Of a stretch of DNA of 64,000 nucleotides, positions 57,901 through 64,000 are shown piece by piece. The DNA lies in assembly GCF_009914755.1 (NCBI RefSeq), contig NC_060932.1. One strand, 5' to 3'. This DNA is from the human T2T-CHM13v2.0 reference genome, Homo sapiens. A model generated the notes under the pieces. It saw only the letters and a list, made by a program, of their open reading frames with translations. It ran no database searches and was not told the origin of the DNA. The position numbers were made by a program, and so were the translations under genes. Every line of letters starts with the position of its first letter. Position 1 is the stretch's first letter.

Positions 57901-60807
57901 TATCAATTTCATTGATCTTTTCAAAAAACCAGCTCCTGGATTCATTGATTTTTTGAAGGGTTTTTTGTGTCTCTATCTCCTTCAGTTCTGCTCTGATCTT
58001 AGTTATTTCTTGTCTTCTGCTAGCTTTTGAATGTCTTTGCTCTTGCTTCTCTAGTTCTTTTAATTGTGATGTCAGGGTGTCAGTTTTAGATCTTTTCTGC
58101 TTTCTCTTGTGGGCATATAGTGCTATAAATTTCCCTCTACACACTGCTTTGAATGTGTCCCAGAGGTTCTGGTATGTTGTGTCTTTGTTCTCTGTGGTTT
58201 CAAAGAACATCTTTATTTCTGCCTTCATTTTGTTATGTATCCAGTAGTCATTCAGGAGCAGGTTGTTCAGTTTCCATGTAGTTGTGTGGTTTTGAGTGAG
58301 TTTTTTTAATCCTGAGTTCTAATTTGATTGCACTGTGGTCTAAGATACAGTTTGTTGTGATTTGTGTTCTTTTACATTTGTTGAGCAGTGCTTTGCTTCC
58401 AATTATGTGGTCAGTTTTAAAATAAGTGTTATGTCGTGCTGAGAAGCATATGTATTCTGTTGATTTGGGGTGCAGAATTCTGTAGATGTCTATTAGGTCT
58501 ACTTGGTGCAGAGGTGAGTTCAAGTCCTGGATATTCTTGTTAACCTTCTGTCTCGTTGATCTGTCTAACATTGACAGTTGGGTGTTAAAGTCTCCCATTA
58601 TTATTGGATGGGAGTCTAAATGTCTTCGTAGGTGTCTAAGAACTTGCTTTATGAATCTGGGTGGTCCTGTATTGGGTGCAAATATATTCAGGATAGTTAG
58701 CTCTTCTTGCTGAATTGATCCTTTTACCATTATGTAATGGCTTTCTTTGTCTCTTTTGATTTTTGTTGGCTTAAAGTCTGTTTTATCAGAGACTAGGATT
58801 TCAACCCCTGCTTTTTTATGCTTTCCATTTGTTTGGTAGATCTTCCTCCATCCCTTTATTTTGAGCCTATGTGTGTCTCTGCAAATGAGATGGGTCTCCT
58901 GAATACAGCACACTGATGGGTCTTCACTCTTTATCCAGTTTGCCAGTCTGTATCTTTTAATTGGGCATTTAGCCCATTTACATTTAAGGTTAATATTGCT
59001 ATGTGTGAATTTGATCCTATCGTTATGATGTTAGCTGGTTATTTTGCCCGTTAATTGATGCAGTTTCTTCCTAGCCTCGATGGTCTTTACAATTTGGCAT
59101 GTTTTTGCAGTGGCTGGTACTGGTTGTTCCTTTCCATGTTTAGTGCTTCCTTCAGGACCTCTTGTAAGGCAGGCCTCGTAGTGAAAAAGCTCTCAGCATT
59201 TGCTTCTCTGTAAAGGATTTTATTTCTCCTTCACTTATGAAGCTTAATTTGGCTGGATATGAACTTCTGGGTTGAAAATTCTTTTCTTTAAGAATGTTGA
59301 ATATTGACCCCCACTCTCTTCTGGCTTGTAGGGTTTCTGCTCAGAGATCTACTGTTGGTCTGATGGGCTTCCCTTTGTGGGTAACCCGACCTTTCTCTCT
59401 GGCTGCCCTTAACATTTTTTCATTCATTTCAACCTTGGTGAATCTGACAATTATGTGTCTTGGGGTTGCTCTTCTTGAGGAGTATCTTTGTGTTGTTCTC
59501 TGTATTTCCTGAATTTGAATATTTGCCTGCCTTGCTAGGTTGGGGAAGTTCTCCTGCATAAGTGTTTTCCAACTTGGTTCCATTCTCCCCATCACTTTGA
59601 GGTACACAAATCAAATGTAGATTTGGTCTTTTCACATATTCCCATATTTCTGGGAGGCTTTTTTGTTTCTTTTTACTGTTTTTTCTCTAAACTTCTGCTC
59701 TCGCTTTATTTCATTAATTTGATCTTCAGTTGTCTTCTTGCTTTATTTTATTAATTTAATCTTCAATCACTGATACCCTTTCTTCTAGTTGATTGAATTG
59801 GCTATTGAAGCTTGTGCATGTGTCATGAAGTTCTCGTACCACGGTTTTAAGCTCCATCAGGTCATTTAAGGACTTCTCCGTGCTGTTTATTCTAGTTAGC
59901 CATTCGTCTAACCTTTTTTCAAGGTTTTTAGCTTCCTTGTGCTGGGTTAGAACACGCTCCTTTAGCTTGGAGAAGTTTGTTATTACCAGTCTTCTGAAGC
60001 CTACTTCTGTCAACTTGTCAAAGTCATTCTCCATCCAGGTTTGTTCTGTTACTGGTGAAGAGCTGCGATCCTTTGGAGGAGAAGAGGCACTCTGGTTTTT
60101 AGAATTTTCAGCTTTTCTGCTCTGGTTTCTCGGTCTCTTTGTGGTTTTATCTACCTTTGGTCTTTGATGTTGGTGACCTAGAGATGGGGTTTTGTTTTAG
60201 ATTTCCTTTTCGTTGATGTTGATGCAATTCCTTTCAGTTTGTTAGTTTTCCTTCTAACAGTCAGGTCCCTCAGCTGCAGGTCTGTTGGAGTTTGCTGGAG
60301 GTCCGCTCCAGACCCTGTTTGCCTGGATATCACCAGCAGAGGCTGCAGAACAGCAAATATTGCTGCCCGATCCTTCCTCTGGAAGCTTCATCCAAAAGGG
60401 GCACCTGCCCAGATGAGGTGTCTGTTGGCCCCTACTGGGAGGTGTCTCCCAGTTAGGCTACATGGGGGTCAGGGACCCGCTTGAGGAGGCAGTCTGTCCA
60501 TTCTCAGAGCTCAAATACCGCGTTGGGAGAGCCACTGCTCTCTTCAGAGCTGTCAGACAGGGATGTTTAAGTCTGCAGAAGTTGTCTGCTGCTTTGTGTT
60601 CAGCTATGCCTTGCCCATAGAGGTGGAGTCTATGGAGGCAGCAGGCCTTGCTGAGCTGCGTTGGGCTTCGCCCAGTTTGAGCTTCCAGGCTGCATTGTTT
60701 ACCTACTCAAGCCTCAGTTATGGCAGACCCCCCTTCCCCAGCCAGGCTGCTGCCTTGCAGTTTGATCTCAGACTGCTGCACTAGCAGCGAGCAAGGCTCT
60801 GTGGGCA
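54986..60807 (-). mobile_element. Near-full-length L1PA6/7-like element lacking the first ~360 nt of the 5'UTR; ORFs broken by many frameshifts
   Basis: Colinear ORF1 and ORF2 fragments in the ORF track. 18-bp TSD tatgggccccaatttctt (54968-54985) and tatggcccccaatttctt (60808-60825). Confidence 0.95.
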
Positions 60808-60859
60808 TATGGCCCCCAATTTCTTCAATTTGGAAAATGAGGTTATTGGACTAGATAAT

Positions 60860-61569
60860 CTTTTTGAAATTATACTTTAAGTTCTGGGATACATGTGCAT
60901 AACATGCAGATTTGTTACATAGGTATACATGTGCCATGGTGGTTTGCTTCACTCATCAACCCGTCATCTACATTAGGTATTTCTCCTAATGCTATCCCTC
61001 CCATAGTCCCCAACCCCTGACAGGTCCTGGTGTGTGATGTTCCCCTCCCTGTGTCCATGTGTTCTCATTGTTCAACTCCCACTCATGAGTGAGAACCTGC
61101 GGTGTTTGGTTTTCTGTTCCTGTGTTAGTTTGCTGAGAATGATGGTTTCCAGCTTCATGCATGTCCCTTCAAAGGACATGAACTCATCCTTTTTTATGGC
61201 TTCATGGCGTTCCATGGTGTATATGTGCCACATTTTCTTTATCCACTCTATCATTGTTGGGCATTTGGGTTGGTTCCAAGTCTTTGCTATTGTGAATAAT
61301 GTTGCAAGAAACATATGTGTGCATGTGTCTTTATAGTAGAATGATTTATAATCCTTTAGGTATATATCCAGTAATGGGATTGCTGGGTCAAATGGTATTT
61401 CTGATTATAGATCCTTGAGGAATTGCCACACTGTCTCCAACAATGTTTGAACTAATTTTTCCTCCCACCAACAGTATAAAAGTGTTCCTATTTCTCCACA
61501 TCCTCTCCAGCATCTGTTGTTTCCTGACTTTTTAATGATCACCATTCTAACTGGTGCGAGATAGCATCT
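60860..61569 (-). mobile_element. 5'-truncated L1PA7-like 3' end (~700 bp)
   Basis: ttatactttaagttctgggatacatgtgc...catcaacccgtcatctacattagg, then ORF2 C-terminus. Confidence 0.92.
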
Positions 61570-62584
61570 TACCTCCACTCCATTAGCTTTAAATTTCTGA
61601 GTTTATGTATAGACACTTATAGGTAGGACAAAGGGTGTATATTCAGATAGAATCACTAGAATTATAAGAATTACCAGAATTTCTGCTGTAAAATAAAATG
61701 GTTTTATTGCTTATGGATACTACTTACTATTAAATAATATCACAGTTTGCTTATGCTTATGATCAATAACTTTTTACCCCCAACCAGATGTTTAAATACA
61801 GGATTGTGCAAATTCATACCTAAACCTTAGCAACAATAGCTGAGTGTGTGTTGGAGCATGTGTTTGTGTGTACATGTGCGTTTTCCCTTCGGAACAAAAT
61901 CATCTTCAGCTGAGGAAGTGATCCTTCAAAAAAAATAGCTTCGTTACATGAACAATCATGACCATTCAGAAGTGTTAAGTTAGTTACAAGAAAAAATAAA
62001 TGTCCTTAGCTGATTTGCAGCTGTATAACTGTAGCTCTGTTTTCTTTCTCACCCTGGAGCAGTTTGGTCCTGATCTTCCATAAGAAACCTCTTCCAAACC
62101 TAAAAAAAATCATGTGATGTGTCACTTGATTTTTCTCTGCAGTGTCTTTTGTTTGTTACGTAATCTTAGTTCAAAAGAAAAAAATAATACTTAACCTGGA
62201 ATATGGAAACGAAACAAGCCTTATAAAGAGAAGCCATTGCTTTGTATGGGTATTTCTATATGAGGTAGGAAAAGGAAGTATTGCAGGACTTCAGGAATAG
62301 CCTCTTTTCTTTGAATGAGTACTAGGTAAAATGTAGAACTCACCAAAAAGTGATGTATAGAACTTTGTTTTTCCATCATCATTAAAACCCTGAGTCTACC
62401 TATTCTTATTGAAGAGTAATCCTTATAATATAATCCTTATATTTATCCTTATAAATAATCATGGCTTGAATTCTTCCTTTAGCTACAGTTGGGGTCTGAG
62501 AGTGTTAAGAAAATAATTGGAATGATCTTGTACAAATCACTAATATTACAAAAAATTTACAGCCAAAGGGAAGGGTCAGTAATG

Positions 62585-63233
62585 ATATATCATTACATCT
62601 ACTGGAATGGCTACAGTTAGAAAGTGTAATAACACCAGGTCTGAAGTGACTGGAACTTTCATACAGTGCTGGTGGGAATATAGGATGATATCACTTTGGA
62701 AACAGCTTGAATGTTTTTTATAAAATTTAGCACACACTTGCCATATGACATAGAAATTTTAGCAGCCCTAAGTATTTGCTCAGAAAAAGTAAAAAAACAT
62801 GTCTACACAAAGATTTGTTTGAATTAGCTTTGTTCATAATAGCCCCAAATGGAAAACAACTCAAGTGTTTGTTAACAGGTTAACAGATAAGTAATTCTAG
62901 TACGTCTAAACAATGGAATATTACTCAGCAATAAAAGAGATGAACTGTTGATTTATGCAACAACCTGGATGAATCTCAAGAACAGTCTTCTGAGAAAAAG
63001 AAGCCAGACATGCAAAATACGTATTGAATGATTCAATTTATATAAAACTCTAGACAAGACAAATCAAATCTATAGTGATAGAAAGTAGATCAATGGTTAC
63101 TAAGGCCAAGGGTGGAGGTTGGGAACTGGCTGGGAAGGGTTACTGAGCACCATTGGAGATGACAGAAATTTTCATATATTGATTGTAATGGTGGTTTCAT
63201 AGATGTATGTATTTGTCAAAACTCCTTGAACTG
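62585..63233 (+). mobile_element. L1ME/MC-age 3' end
   Basis: gctggtgggaat...ttggaaacag...caatggaatattactcagcaataaaa...aagaagccagaca...tttgtcaaaactc. Confidence 0.8.
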
Positions 63234-63247
63234 CAAACTGGTTCCCC

Positions 63248-63500
63248 ACCAGAGGCACAGCAAAGGTAGGGTGGTGGGAGCAGGGCACTCCAAGCTACAC
63301 AGAGTAGGGGCATGCAGTGTCTGCAGAGATTTTAAAATAATAATGAAACTGACTAAAAGTCAATCTGATTTTTATTATCCCCATGTATTAGTAATTCGAA
63401 ACAATGTCAGTGAGAAAATCACTTTTCTCAAAAAATTTTCATTAGTCTAAATTCAAAACAATTGTTGCCGTTATTTATTTTTCAATAATACACATGCAAG
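63248..63500 (+). mobile_element. Arthur1/MER69-like hAT DNA transposon fragment
   Basis: gtctgcagaga.tttaaaa.aataat.aaactgactaaaagtc..tctg.tttttattatc...aaacaatgtcagtga. Confidence 0.7.
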
Positions 63501-63784
63501 TCTCAAAGTAACACTTGTAGTTCAGGTTTTCACCAGCTATACCTTACATCAATGTAGCAGTAGCTTCCTAGACCACTTGTTCTCATTGTAGTCTCTTTTT
63601 ATTTCAATCTATCCTTCGTACTGCCACCAATCACCTCCTCTGATTAAAGGTACCCACATTTGCCTTCCCTAAAGATTAAGGACAATTGTCTAGCTAGAAA
63701 AACTAACACTTTCAGGTTCTGGATCCAATTCTTCCTTTCTAGACCTTCATAGGCCACTTCTTATCATACTTCCTATTTTAGTAT

Positions 63785-63960
63785 ATCTCACAGTGTAGTC
63801 CATGGACCTCTGCATTGGAACCACAGCATGAGAGGGAGGGTGGAGATGGATATACCTACAACCTGCCCCAAATCTGCAGCATTAGAATATCTATGGGGGC
63901 AGGTGAGATCTGGATCTCCTCAGATAATTCTTAAGCTAAGCTTAATAAAACTTAAGCATT
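63785..63960. mobile_element. MER5-like hAT remnant
   Basis: tctcacagtgtagtccatggacc.ctgcat...cctgcccca...agaatatct.tgggg...ctcctcagataattct. Confidence 0.55.
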
Positions 63961-64000
63961 TCTGCCATATCTTCACCAGCTATTTCATTGTTTTCCTGAA

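Overview
This is primate (most likely human) non-coding genomic DNA that is AT-rich, CpG-poor and dominated by transposable elements. Nearly every long ORF in the track is a LINE-1 ORF1/ORF2 remnant or its antisense shadow. The central element is a full-length, young L1 on the minus strand (19206-25239, ACG/A 3'UTR type). Its ORF1 is frameshifted and its ORF2 has two nonsense codons, but its antisense ORF0 (24789-25004) is intact. Also present: a near-full-length L1PA6/7, three 5'-inverted (twin-primed) L1s, several nested insertions with readable target-site duplications (TSDs), eight Alus, solo LTRs (MER31, MLT1, MSTA, LTR1) and old MIR/L2/L3/hAT remnants. I cannot name a host gene and see no evidence of a novel prokaryote-type system. 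The two best leads are (i) tracts of apparent non-allelic gene conversion between neighbouring L1s of different ages, and (ii) an ORF0 splice donor that is in frame with a candidate exon 2.2 kb downstream. Subfamily names come from recalled consensus diagnostics rather than a database search, and the boundaries of old repeats are approximate.
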